Of a DNA stretch of 64,000 nt, positions 30,202-39,955 are shown one piece after another. Location of the stretch: the NCBI GenBank assembly GCA_951813565.1, contig OX638351.1:4416001-4480000 (forward strand), read 5' to 3'. The DNA comes from an uncultured Poribacteria bacterium (GTDB lineage Bacteria > Poribacteria > WGA-4E > WGA-3G). The position numbers and the translations under genes were made by a program. The notes beneath the pieces were generated by a model. The model worked only from the letters and a program-made list of their open reading frames with translations, made no database searches and was not told where the DNA came from. Position 1 is the stretch's first letter. Each line of letters begins with the position of its first letter.

Positions 30202-31332
30202 TTGCATGTCTTAGTTCTTTCGCATTCTTATATAATGAAACCTTACCGGAGGAAGTTCAATCTCATTGCAGCAAATCCGGATGTCACAATGCGTGTTCTC
30301 ACGCCTGACCGTTGGCACGAAAGTTTTCAGGAGATAAGTTTTGCCCCTGATTCTGACGTTCACTGTGAAGAGATACCTTGTCCCATAAGGTTTTCTGGTT
30401 ATGGCAGCCGTTTTTTTTATCGTCGAGGCATAACACAACACTTTAAGGGCTTTCAACCTGATATTATCCATCTTGAAGAAGAAGCGTGGAGTCTTAATGC
30501 GTTGCAGACGGTGCGGCTGAAACGGAAGTTTTGTCCAAATAGCCGCTTCATTTTTCGTACTTCACTTAGCATACCGTCTAAGCAGCGTTTTGGTCCCTTA
30601 CCTGTTTGGATTGAAAAACAAGTTTTCCGTGAAACTGACATTGCTTTTCCGCTCAGTGAAAATGCTGGCAAAATATTAAAGCAACGGGGATATGGTGGCA
30701 CACAGATTCCGTTTCCAAACGGTGTAGACATTTCGCTATTTAAAAAACGGAACGTGAGTCAATTAAAAACATCTCTTGGACTTACTGACAACTTTGTTAT
30801 TGGTTATGTCGGTAGGTTGATTCAAATGAAGGGTGTTGATGCGCTCATTGAAGCGGCAGCGATGCTTAACTTTCCGTTCAAACTTTTAATTGTTGGACGT
30901 GGTGAGGATAAGTCAAAATTCCAAGAAATCGCCGCAACGCATCAAATCACAGACAAAATTGTTTGGATAGATGCTGTTCCCCCTGAAGAAGTTCCCGACT
31001 ATCTCAACTGTATGGACACACTGGTTTTACCTTCCCGTACCACAGCGGATTGGGTAGAATTTTTCGGTAGAGTGCTTATTGAAGGAATGGCATGCGAGGT
31101 GCCGGTTATCGGGTCAGATTCGGGGGAAATCCCTCAGGTGATTGAAGATGCTGGTTTGGTCTTTCCAGAAGGAGATGCCGCAGCTTTAGCAGAAAAGATA
31201 AACCAGATTGCATCTGATCCAACACTTTGTCAAACCCTCCAAAAACGTGGTCTGGTAAGGGTGCAAAACTTCACGTGGGAGACTATCGCCCAACGCACTT
31301 ATGGGGTATATCAGCAACTGTTAGCAGAGTAG
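30202..31332 (+). CDS. Glycosyltransferase family 4
   Basis: PNGVD, GYVGRL...KG, EFFGRVLIEGMACEVPVIGS. Confidence 0.92.
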   Translation: MHVLVLSHSYIMKPYRRKFNLIAANPDVTMRVLTPDRWHESFQEISFAPDSDVHCEEIPCPIRFSGYGSRFFYRRGITQHFKGFQPDIIHLEEEAWSLNALQTVRLKRKFCPNSRFIFRTSLSIPSKQRFGPLPVWIEKQVFRETDIAFPLSENAGKILKQRGYGGTQIPFPNGVDISLFKKRNVSQLKTSLGLTDNFVIGYVGRLIQMKGVDALIEAAAMLNFPFKLLIVGRGEDKSKFQEIAATHQITDKIVWIDAVPPEEVPDYLNCMDTLVLPSRTTADWVEFFGRVLIEGMACEVPVIGSDSGEIPQVIEDAGLVFPEGDAAALAEKINQIASDPTLCQTLQKRGLVRVQNFTWETIAQRTYGVYQQLLAE

Positions 31333-31380
31333 ATTTAAGAATTGCCTGAACACTTTACACCAGCGAGGTTAGGAAACCTC

Positions 31381-31416
31381 CAAATCAACGGTATGAATGC
31401 CATTTAGGCATTCCCC
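31381..31416 (+). mobile_element. 36-bp AATCAAC-hairpin mini-insert inside a REP-like hairpin
   Basis: CAAATCAACGGTATGAATGCCATTTAGGCATTCCCC interrupts CAGCGAGGTTAGGAAACCTC|GCCTACC; the uninterrupted form is present (reverse strand) at 56909-56935. Confidence 0.8.
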
Positions 31417-31562
31417 GCCTACCGGTGAATGTCCGAGGCGCGATGAATTGCGCGACTACAAACGCTGTAAACCCAGATGGCGGATGTGTAAAGTATGGCA
31501 CTATCTATGATGTCATACAAAATAATTATTAACCACATCAGATAATTACCTGCGGAGGAAAA

Positions 31563-32141
31563 ATGGAATTAAATCAAACAACCCTTAAGAATGAAATCGC
31601 TCACTTGGAAGCAGAAGTTATGGACAAACAAAAAAGACTAAGGGATCTTAGAAGGCAGCTTTCACCAGAAGAAGTACCTGACTACGTTTTAAAGGGAGTA
31701 AATGGAAAAAAGGTAAAACTTTCTGAGATGTTTGATGACAAAGAAGATTTGATTATCATTCATAATATGGGTAACAGTTGTTCTTACTGTACCCTGTGGG
31801 CAGATGGCTTTAATGGTATGCTTCAACATCTGGAAAACCTTGCAGCATTTGTTGTAGTATCGCCAGATCCGCCTGATATACAGGCCGCATTTGCTCAGAA
31901 AAGAGGGTGGCAATTTATGATGTATTCCAGTGAGGAGTCAACTTTTACTGAAGATATGGGTTTCAAGGATGAAGAAGGTTGCCTACCGGGTGTTTCAACT
32001 TTCTTCAAAAAGGCTGACGACAAAATTGTCCATATTTCAAAAGCAGATTTTGGTCCGGGTGACCCTTTCTGCGCAGCTTGGCATCTTTTTGATTTGCTCG
32101 CAAATGGTGCTAATGACTGGGAGCCAGCACTCAAGTATTAG
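31563..32141 (+). CDS. DUF899 family thioredoxin-like protein
   Basis: LRRQL, HNMGNSCSYCTLWADGFNG, PGVSTF, WHLFDLL. Confidence 0.85.
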   Translation: MELNQTTLKNEIAHLEAEVMDKQKRLRDLRRQLSPEEVPDYVLKGVNGKKVKLSEMFDDKEDLIIIHNMGNSCSYCTLWADGFNGMLQHLENLAAFVVVSPDPPDIQAAFAQKRGWQFMMYSSEESTFTEDMGFKDEEGCLPGVSTFFKKADDKIVHISKADFGPGDPFCAAWHLFDLLANGANDWEPALKY

Positions 32142-32219
32142 CAGACGGTTCTGGTTTGATTTAGAAACGCTTGGAACTTATCTGTGTGGTTATTATTTGA
32201 TGGATAATTTTGGAAAGAA

Positions 32220-32302
32220 TGCCTCCGACTTGACTCGAACCAGCACGCCAATTAAGGCACAGGCCCTCAACCTGCCGTGTATACCAATTCCACCACAGAG
32301 GC
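32220..32302 (-). tRNA. tRNA-Leu (anticodon GAG)
   Basis: Reverse strand GCCTCTGTGGTGGAATTGGTATACACGGCAGGTTGAGGGCCTGTGCCTTAATTGGCGTGCTGGTTCGAGTCAAGTCGGAGGCA: 7-bp acceptor stem, long variable arm, TTCGA loop; CCA not encoded. Confidence 0.92.
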
Positions 32303-32658
32303 ATTTTAAATTATTATACTTCTGAACGCGGAGAAAGTCAAATTTTTCGTAGTAGTCCTACATTTTAGAGAAAAACTTGTTTTTCTACTGGGATTTCTCA
32401 TAACCTCTGGTTTCACGAAATAGCTAACCCTGAACCAGATAATGCTGTCCCCTACAGTTTTATAGTGAAACCCATAATTATTGATACATTTTGTCCCAGT
32501 GGCAACTTCAAATGGACACTGTGAATGTCCGAGGCGCAATGAATTGCGCGACTACAAACGCCGCTAACCTAAAGAAAATGTCCAGGTATTTTTAGATTTT
32601 ACTATAATGCATTCCGACCAAACAAAACACCTATACAGGCATGAAAATGCGTTCTATT

Positions 32659-32788
32659 GGAGTGTCTACACTAAAATTGCGATTCGTGTCAGTAGTCGGG
32701 ATTCGGAGTTCCCTCCTACAAAGAGGGTGTTCTGTAGGAGCGATCTCCGAATCGCGACCTTTACCCGCAAAATTTCGGTAGACACTCC
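32659..32788. mobile_element. Small MITE-like element with GGAGTGTCTAC ends containing GTAG-hairpins
   Basis: GGAGTGTCTACACTAAAATTGCG / CGCAAAATTTCGGTAGACACTCC inverted ends. Confidence 0.6.
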
Positions 32789-32946
32789 ACTAGTGCAGTT
32801 GCCATTCCGAATTACAGAGCTGCGGTACTTCCGAGTTTATCGATTGAAGTCGGTAAAGGCATTAACGAAAATCTAATCGGATTACTTACATACACAACTA
32901 ATAGTTTGAAGTGCCAACGCTAATTAGGGCCAAAAAATCAGTAAAG

Positions 32947-33798
32947 TTAAGACAAGTTTTGTTGTTCAAATTCAAAAGGTGTCAAATACCCTAACGCAGA
33001 GTGAGGACGTTTGTGATGATACACCTGTGTGATAAAATGCCCGATGCGTGTTCTGACATCGGTTATATCCTCATAATCATTGAGATGAACTTCTTCTTCT
33101 TTGAGAGTTCGGATGAACCTTTCAACATACCCGTTCTCCCACGGACACCCTCTACGCGCTAAGGAAATCTCAATGCCGTGCTGTTTCAGCGTTGAGATAT
33201 AGGCACTTGAAAGATACTGCACCCCTTGATCGCTATGGTGGATCTCTGGGATACTTTGGCGTAATGCCTGTTCTAAGGCTTTCAGGGTCAGAGATGCGTT
33301 CAAATGTTGGCTGACCTGCCAGCCTCTTATCATGCGAGTGAAGACATCCATGAGCACCGAAACATAGACGAAGTATCTGTGGAGGCGGACATACGTTATA
33401 TCGCCAACCCAGACCTGATCACATCTACAGATGTCAAGTGCTTCAAGGCGATTCACCCAAGGCTGCACACCTTCAAGCGACCTCGTGGTTTGACTGGAAA
33501 CCCTTTTGACCGAAACCGACAAGTTCTGGGATTTCATAAATCGTGCGACGCGTCTATACCCAATGGTGTATCCCATACCCAACAGCATCTGCGTGATACG
33601 CCTATATCCATATTTCGGATAACGCGCACATAACTTCTCTATTTCCTCTCCAAGCACCTCTTCAAAAGGATCGCTTTTCGGGTGATAATAGAGAAGACTC
33701 CGGTTGAAATCCAGCGTCTCACAAATCTGGTGAACTGAATAATCGTCCCGCAACGCCTCAACGAGGTTTCGCTTATCAGACGAGGTCAACTCAACCAA
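32947..33798 (-). CDS. IS3 transposase OrfB (rve/DDE)
   Basis: YGYRRI, WVGDITY, HHSDQGVQY, ENGYVERFIRTLKEE, RPHSALGY. Confidence 0.93.
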   Translation of the reverse strand: MVELTSSDKRNLVEALRDDYSVHQICETLDFNRSLLYYHPKSDPFEEVLGEEIEKLCARYPKYGYRRITQMLLGMGYTIGYRRVARFMKSQNLSVSVKRVSSQTTRSLEGVQPWVNRLEALDICRCDQVWVGDITYVRLHRYFVYVSVLMDVFTRMIRGWQVSQHLNASLTLKALEQALRQSIPEIHHSDQGVQYLSSAYISTLKQHGIEISLARRGCPWENGYVERFIRTLKEEEVHLNDYEDITDVRTRIGHFITQVYHHKRPHSALGYLTPFEFEQQNLS

Positions 33799-34076
33799 GT
33801 CAAGGCTTTTTTTTGGATGTCAAGTGCCACGGTCAACCGCCCAACGAGTTGTTCAAGGTGTGCGATCCGTTCCATATTGGCATCAGACTGCTTATCAGCG
33901 GGTTCAAAGAGGGTCGCCGCATTTTCAAGAAGTTGTCGCTTCCACTTTGAGAGTTGTTCATCGCTGAGGTTATGTCGCCGACACACTTCTGCTTGGGAAC
34001 TTTGACCGCTGAGAGCCTCAAGTACAACTTCCGCTTTAAACTCAGGCGTGAAGTTTCTTCGTTTTCGTTTTGCCAT
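33786..34076 (-). CDS. IS3 transposase OrfA (HTH), with an A8G slippery site for OrfAB fusion
   Basis: RRNFTPEFKAEVV...LSKWKRQ; T8 run at 33807-33814 on the plus strand. Confidence 0.9.
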   Translation of the reverse strand: MAKRKRRNFTPEFKAEVVLEALSGQSSQAEVCRRHNLSDEQLSKWKRQLLENAATLFEPADKQSDANMERIAHLEQLVGRLTVALDIQKKALTWLS

Positions 34077-34155
34077 CGGATACTCCTTATAATTAGATTG
34101 TTATTATACCACAATCTTGGTTTAGACAGTGGCCCTAATTTCCGATGGCAGTACA

Positions 34156-34374
34156 AAGCCAACCCGAAAATTGCTTAGGATTTCTTAGAGTGGAGAGTTT
34201 TTTGTATACTTGAAGGAAAACGTCTTGCGTAATTTCTTCAGCAAAGTGAAAATCGCCAATCTCACGCCAAGCAAGCGCGTGAACCCCTTTTTGATATTTT
34301 TCAACTAAAGAACTAAACGCCTCATCGTCCCCTGATAAAATTTTGTGAATTAGTTGGACATCATCTTTTTCCAT
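34156..34374 (-). pseudogene. ECF sigma-70 factor 5' fragment truncated by IS3
   Basis: DVQLIHKILSGDDEAFSSLVEKYQK...AEEITQDVFLQVYKKL...FSGWL (region 2), then the IS3 left end. Confidence 0.85.
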
Positions 34375-34725
34375 TATAATTCTCCAAGATTGACCAATAG
34401 ATTAAATGTGCTTTCGCTCTTTTAACACCCTCAGTTAAATATAGACTTTATATCTCAAGTTTAAACTCTTAAGAGTATACCAAACACACACATAATCTGA
34501 AATTGTTAAATTAGAGCTATCTTATTAATTATAAGACACAGTTTTGAGGCTGAAAATGTGCATAATTTGAGAAAAATCAGATTTTTTCTCAAAACTCTAA
34601 TTTTTTTTAATAATTTCTGCTGTCCGCAGCGTAATTGACAACTAATATACAATATGCTAAACTATTCATAGTTTTCAATCGTGGCAATTATCTTTATGTA
34701 ACACTTTCCCAAAAACGGAGAAAAC

Positions 34726-35832
34726 TTGAACCAGAATAAGGCAGATGTTGCTATTATCGGCGGTGGTATTATTGGGTGTGCGATTGCCTATGAACTTGCC
34801 AAAAGGCAGGTAGATGTCCTCTTAATTGAAAAAGCATCACGTATTGGAACGGAAGCATCTTGGGCAGGCGCAGGTATTTTAACATCTCACGCATCAACGC
34901 ACGAACCGTATCCAGAATTATGCCGTGCAAGTCTTGCCATGTATCCATCATTAGCCACAGAACTGAAATCCGAAACAGAAATAGACATCGAATTTATCTG
35001 TTCTGGCACACTCTCAGTCTTTTTTGATGATTCGGAGGCAGCAGGTTTGATCGGTTTAGCGGAACGGCGGATAGACCGAGGTTTTACTGCTGAAGTTTTA
35101 TCTCCCGAACAGACATGGAAATTAGAGCCCGCTGTTTCAAAATCCATTGCAGGAGCAGTGTTGTTTCCTGAAGATGGACATGTACGTAACCCCAAGATGG
35201 TGGCTGCGTTAGCAAAAGGTGCAGCAAATTACGGTGCTAAACTCCTATTAGGAAATCCAGTTACTGGATTTGTCAGAGAGAATGGACGAGTTGTCGGGGC
35301 GATAGTCAACGGTGAAACTATCTATGCAGATTCATTTGTCATCGCTGCAGGGTGCTGGGCAGGCAACTTAACAGCCTTACTTGACTTTCATATCTCAATT
35401 TCTCCTGCGAAAGGGCAAATTGTTCTGCTTGAAACGATGCCACCACTGATTCAGCGTACAATTGATGGTCTCGGTATCTATATTGTTCCGCGTGCAGACG
35501 GCAAGATTTTGCTCGGTGCTACGGTGGAGTTTGTTGGCTACGATAAAACGCCATCTGTTGATGGTGTAAAGCAGATGATTGACGCTGCGGTTGTTATCGC
35601 ACCCGAACTCGCGCAAAGCACATTTGTGCAAACATGGGCAGGTCTGCGTCCATATTATAAAAACGGGCCGTGTCTCGGATATCTTCCTGGATATGACAAC
35701 GTAGTCATAGCATCTGGGCACTTCAAAAACGGCATTCTGCTTGCCCCGATTACAGGACAACTCATTGCGGAATTACTTACAACAGGACAGACTTCGCAAT
35801 CACTGAAGCCTTTTGCTCCCACTGCGATATAA
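34726..35832 (+). CDS. thiO: Glycine oxidase ThiO / DAO-family FAD oxidoreductase
   Basis: IIGGGIIG, ASWAGAGIL, PAKGQ, WAGLRP, GHFKNGILLAP. Confidence 0.85.
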   Translation: MNQNKADVAIIGGGIIGCAIAYELAKRQVDVLLIEKASRIGTEASWAGAGILTSHASTHEPYPELCRASLAMYPSLATELKSETEIDIEFICSGTLSVFFDDSEAAGLIGLAERRIDRGFTAEVLSPEQTWKLEPAVSKSIAGAVLFPEDGHVRNPKMVAALAKGAANYGAKLLLGNPVTGFVRENGRVVGAIVNGETIYADSFVIAAGCWAGNLTALLDFHISISPAKGQIVLLETMPPLIQRTIDGLGIYIVPRADGKILLGATVEFVGYDKTPSVDGVKQMIDAAVVIAPELAQSTFVQTWAGLRPYYKNGPCLGYLPGYDNVVIASGHFKNGILLAPITGQLIAELLTTGQTSQSLKPFAPTAI

Positions 35833-36012
35833 GGAATCTCCAGTAAACAGCAAAAACCCTCCTTCGCTCATTCTTAATACCACTGATTTTTGATATATTT
35901 GTTTACACCATCGCGCACGGCTTGTTTTCAAGTTTTTCTGGACATAAATAAAGTTATCATATATCTTAATATCCTGAAGACAATCTTTACTATACTCATA
36001 AACGGAGGAAAC

Positions 36013-36198
36013 ATGCTTGGTAACTTTGAAGGTCTCGCAATGCTTACGATTTTGTGGACAGTGTTTACCGCAATTTTTTGGATGGTTATCGGTTGGCGCG
36101 CAATGCGTGCACATGAAAAAATCGCAGATTCTGTTGAATGGTTAACACGACAGAATTTTAGACGAGAACAAGAATCCAACACGCCAAATGAAGATTAA
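36013..36198 (+). CDS. Small single-pass membrane protein
   Basis: GGAGG RBS before ATG 36013; TM segment followed by WRAMRAHEKIAD. Confidence 0.65.
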   Translation: MLGNFEGLAMLTILWTVFTAIFWMVIGWRAMRAHEKIADSVEWLTRQNFRREQESNTPNED

Positions 36199-36285
36199 GG
36201 ATTTCAAACATTATGAAATGACCCGCATAGACATGGGTAGGTGTAGGGTCATATTTTATTTTCAAATACACTACTAAGGAGATAA

Positions 36286-36675
36286 ATGAAACCGCATATC
36301 ACTATCGTTACACTTGGTGTTGAAGACCTACAACGTTCCGTTGATTTCTATCAAAATGGGTTAGGTTTTCCCTTAATGGGTGACTCGGATAGTATCGCAT
36401 TTTTTAAGATGGAAGGTATAATATTTGGACTCTATCCAAGGGACAAACTGGCTGAAGATATTACTGTTTCTCCGGAAGGATCAGGTTTTCAAGGATTTAC
36501 GCTTGCTCACAATGTTGATTCACCAGAAGAGGTAGACAACACCTTAGCAGAAGCGGTTGCAGCGGGCGCTGAACTTGTGAAACCCGGACAGAAGGTGTTT
36601 TGGGGTGGTTATTCAGGTTACTTCAAAGACCCTGACGGTTTTTATTGGGAAGTTGCACACAACCCCTTTCTATAA
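36286..36675 (+). CDS. VOC/glyoxalase family protein
   Basis: ITIVTLGVEDL, FWGGYSGYFKDPDGFYWEVAHNP. Confidence 0.92.
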   Translation: MKPHITIVTLGVEDLQRSVDFYQNGLGFPLMGDSDSIAFFKMEGIIFGLYPRDKLAEDITVSPEGSGFQGFTLAHNVDSPEEVDNTLAEAVAAGAELVKPGQKVFWGGYSGYFKDPDGFYWEVAHNPFL

Positions 36676-36730
36676 TGTTTCAGCCGATCCCGTCTAATAA
36701 TTACGCAAAAAATGATTTGGAGGCTTATTT

Positions 36731-37750
36731 ATGGATAAAATTAGAGTTGCTTTTATTGGTTGTGGTGGGATGTCATCAATTTTACAACAGTGCATCCCGA
36801 TGGTCCCTGAGTTTGAATTTGTTGCTACATGTGACCTTGTAGAAGACAAGGCGAAATCGAATGCTCGGAGGTTTGGTGCACTGCGTCATTACACCGATTA
36901 CAATGAGATGTTCAAAAATGAAGACCTCTATGCAGTAGCAGTAGTTGGCAGACCAGAGGATAAACTACATCGAGACATTGGTATTGAATGTCTCCAGCAA
37001 GGTTATCACATATATACGGAAAAGCCTCCTGCCACTACAGCAGAGGGGGCGAAAATGCTGGTAGATGCGTCTGTTGAGACAGGTAAGACAGGTATGGTAG
37101 GCACAATGTGGCGGCATGCCCCTGCACATCAGATTGCAAAAAAGTTGATAGACGAAGACGATTTTGGAACAGCGTGCCAATACCATACGCGATACCTCGC
37201 GCCAGGTCCACGCCTTAATCAGGCAGGGTCACCTTTTGCTTGGCCCTTCATGCTTGATCAGGTAATCCATCCCACCGATTGCATGCGTTTTTTTATGGGA
37301 CAGGTCAGCGAAGTGTTTGCGATGGGTGAGATTGATTCTGCATCATCTACCGTTTCAATGTCCGTGAATCTACGATACGAGAACGGTGGCATCGGCACTA
37401 TGACACTCGGTACTGGTCCTGTCTTAGAGGCGATGGTTTTCATCAAAGGCACAAACAATCAGGCAATTCAGGTGTTTGAGACACGTAAGTTGCGCCGTTA
37501 CCGTGTCCCGACATGGCTCGGTACTGGTGGTGGTTATGCTGACACACCTACCGAAGAATGGAATCTTAATACTGCATATCATGGTATCAGCAGACCCGGT
37601 TATCTGGAAGAGATGCGGCATTGGGCACAATCATTACAAGCAGGAACACAACCACATTCAAGTCTTGAAGATGCGTATCAGAACATGCGTGTTTTAGAGG
37701 CAATTAGTCGTAGCATTGAAAGTGAAGAAGTTGTTAAAATTTCCGATTAA
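36731..37750 (+). CDS. Gfo/Idh/MocA family oxidoreductase
   Basis: FIGCGGM, TEKPP, DQVIHPTD. Confidence 0.9.
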   Translation: MDKIRVAFIGCGGMSSILQQCIPMVPEFEFVATCDLVEDKAKSNARRFGALRHYTDYNEMFKNEDLYAVAVVGRPEDKLHRDIGIECLQQGYHIYTEKPPATTAEGAKMLVDASVETGKTGMVGTMWRHAPAHQIAKKLIDEDDFGTACQYHTRYLAPGPRLNQAGSPFAWPFMLDQVIHPTDCMRFFMGQVSEVFAMGEIDSASSTVSMSVNLRYENGGIGTMTLGTGPVLEAMVFIKGTNNQAIQVFETRKLRRYRVPTWLGTGGGYADTPTEEWNLNTAYHGISRPGYLEEMRHWAQSLQAGTQPHSSLEDAYQNMRVLEAISRSIESEEVVKISD

Positions 37751-37770
37751 TTTGTCGAAAATTAATTGTT

Positions 37771-38667
37771 ATGGAATGGTCACCCCGAGTAAAACCTATC
37801 AAAATTCGTCGTTTATACCGATTTGCACGGCTTGGTATCTATGATGATATGTTGCTACATGATGTAGGGTGGGAACTATATGCTCGCTGTGCTGATATCG
37901 CGACGGTTGCCGATGTTTATCGTGAGGGACGTGTGCCTTGTCCACAATGCAGCACAAAGATAGCGCGGCAGATTGACCCGCTTTTTAGTAAAGTTGAAGG
38001 TGGGACTCGCGAGAATTGGTTTCGCTGCTTGCACTGTGGAGAAAGACTTCTTTGGCGCGATTGTCGTCAAGCACTGCGTGATACGCCGCGATGTTTTACG
38101 TGTCGTTCTGTCCTAAAGCAAAATGATGACTTGCAGTGTGCTTGTGGGAAAACCTGGGCCCAAGTAGCCTACAATCAGTCGGTGAGAACCCGTGTTCGTT
38201 TACCGTGTCCTCATTGTCATAATCTTGTCCGTAGACCAGATAAACCTCCGAAAACGCAAACCGCCAAACATCAGCAATCTAAACCCGAATTACAGTGTCC
38301 GAAGTGTCAAGAGACGGCACTGCATGTTTCTGGTAACATTCAGTGCACAGTGTGTGATTATAAACGTAGGTGGCGAGATTATCGTAAAAGTTTAAAAAAG
38401 AAAGATGAAAAACTTACTTGCACAGACTGTGGATATTCGTTTAGATGGCAAGCATGGCGAAAAAGCACGCAGACACTCAGAACCGGCAATCCCAGACCAG
38501 CGCGTGAATTTATCCAAAAATGGCTTAGGTGCTACACACCACAACAACGTATGATTCAGATAGATACCTTACTGCAGACGTTGCACGGTAGAGGCCCCTT
38601 AGCACCGCTGTTTATTGATAGTGGCGAGCATAATATCCGCCAGATGCTTGATGATTTGGCATCGTAG
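37771..38667 (+). CDS. Cys-rich multi-zinc-ribbon hypothetical protein
   Basis: Seven CxxC motifs and one CxC; basic composition. Confidence 0.75.
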   Translation: MEWSPRVKPIKIRRLYRFARLGIYDDMLLHDVGWELYARCADIATVADVYREGRVPCPQCSTKIARQIDPLFSKVEGGTRENWFRCLHCGERLLWRDCRQALRDTPRCFTCRSVLKQNDDLQCACGKTWAQVAYNQSVRTRVRLPCPHCHNLVRRPDKPPKTQTAKHQQSKPELQCPKCQETALHVSGNIQCTVCDYKRRWRDYRKSLKKKDEKLTCTDCGYSFRWQAWRKSTQTLRTGNPRPAREFIQKWLRCYTPQQRMIQIDTLLQTLHGRGPLAPLFIDSGEHNIRQMLDDLAS

Positions 38668-38760
38668 GTTAAAATGTTGCAAAACGTGGGATCTTTTCTT
38701 ATAATTTTTTAATTAGATATGGTACGACTATCCATAAATCAATGCGGCAGGAAACATTGT

Positions 38761-39591
38761 TTATTGATTAAATAGATATTCAATGAGTTGTCTCCCTTCC
38801 CGAAAATCTGGGATGATGATGTCTGCCCCAACCCGAATAAGTCGTTCCCGTTTATCTGCGTTCATATTATAAACATTATCTTCAACAGACGCTACACCCA
38901 CAGCGATAGCACCCACCGCTTTGGCATTTTCAATTTCCACGTAGCCGTCTCCAACAATAAGAAGTTCACTCGCTTTCAACTTGAAATCTGTTAGGATTTT
39001 CTGAATGACCATGGCTTTGGAGAATTTTTTATATTCCCTTAAGGCACCAAAAATTCCACCACTAAAATACTGCGCAACATCGAGAAGTTTTGCTTCGTTT
39101 TTGACAAATTCAACATCTGTCCCACTGGCGAGATAGCATTTTACACCCATTTCATGCAGACTTTGGAGAAATTCAAGTGCCATTGGAACGCGTAGTGTTT
39201 CTGGTGATTTTGTTCCTACCGCGAGTTCTGAGATTCGTTGTTCAACAATAGGCAGTAGACGTTGGTTATACGCATCTTTATATGCGAGCGGATCCTTCGG
39301 TTGCCCACCACGTTCCTCAATCTCTTTACTGAGTTGAATCATCTGATAGATCGTCTGTTTACCCGTCAATTTATCAACAAATTCAACAACAATTGCTTCC
39401 AATTGTTCTTGGGTTTCGGTGGTATCGGTTTCTGTTTGGAGGAACTCAATCATCATCGGTACCATGACGTTCTGCCATCCGTCCCGAATGAGAGAAATCG
39501 TTCCGTCAAAATCAAAAACAACATGACGGATGTTTCCAGTTTGGATTTTGCGGTGAATTTCAATGGCGGTTCCATCTAAAACATACTGCAT
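38761..39591 (-). CDS. HAD-family hydrolase
   Basis: VFDFDGTIS, LASGT, VGDGYVE. Confidence 0.88.
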   Translation of the reverse strand: MQYVLDGTAIEIHRKIQTGNIRHVVFDFDGTISLIRDGWQNVMVPMMIEFLQTETDTTETQEQLEAIVVEFVDKLTGKQTIYQMIQLSKEIEERGGQPKDPLAYKDAYNQRLLPIVEQRISELAVGTKSPETLRVPMALEFLQSLHEMGVKCYLASGTDVEFVKNEAKLLDVAQYFSGGIFGALREYKKFSKAMVIQKILTDFKLKASELLIVGDGYVEIENAKAVGAIAVGVASVEDNVYNMNADKRERLIRVGADIIIPDFREGRQLIEYLFNQ

Positions 39592-39609
39592 AAGGCGTCC
39601 TCGCTCTGA

Positions 39610-39858
39610 GGGTGTGTAAATATTTGGTTACATAGGTTCAATTTGCAATGATTACGCGGCGTTTTCCACTGTAGGGCGGGGTCCCTGTGCCCCGCCACTG
39701 TGCAGGACGTGCCATGCAACGGGCAGGCACCAAATCAAGAAATCAACGGTATGAACGACATTTAGTCATTCACCGGGTCCGAATACCTTTTGGCATTCCC
39801 CGGAGACCCGCCTCTACAATAGGAGTTGTGCGGATTTCTACAAAAACTTTACACACCC
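39610..39858. mobile_element. GGGTGTGTAAA-ended MITE, short copy (249 bp) with 9-bp TSD
   Basis: TSD TCGCTCTGA at 39601-39609 and 39859-39867; ends match the IR of the IS at 59915-61373. Confidence 0.92.
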
Positions 39859-39955
39859 TCGCTCTGATAAAGATGTTGATTTCTCAATGCTTTTCTGATA
39901 ATATAATGGGATATAGATAATTAAGCAACCAAAATCTGTCCTCACTTGAAATGAT

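Larger units (their letters stand above)
32907..34155 (-). mobile_element. IS3-family insertion sequence
   Basis: Imperfect IRs TGTACTGCCATCGGAAATTAGGGCCA / TGAAGTGCCAACGCTAATTAGGGCCA; orfA and orfB; no matching flanking duplication. Confidence 0.92.

Noticed and set aside
32220..34155. tRNA-anchored integrative island
   Set aside because: No integrase and no duplicated tRNA 3' end found; the mobile elements lie on the 5' side of the tRNA.
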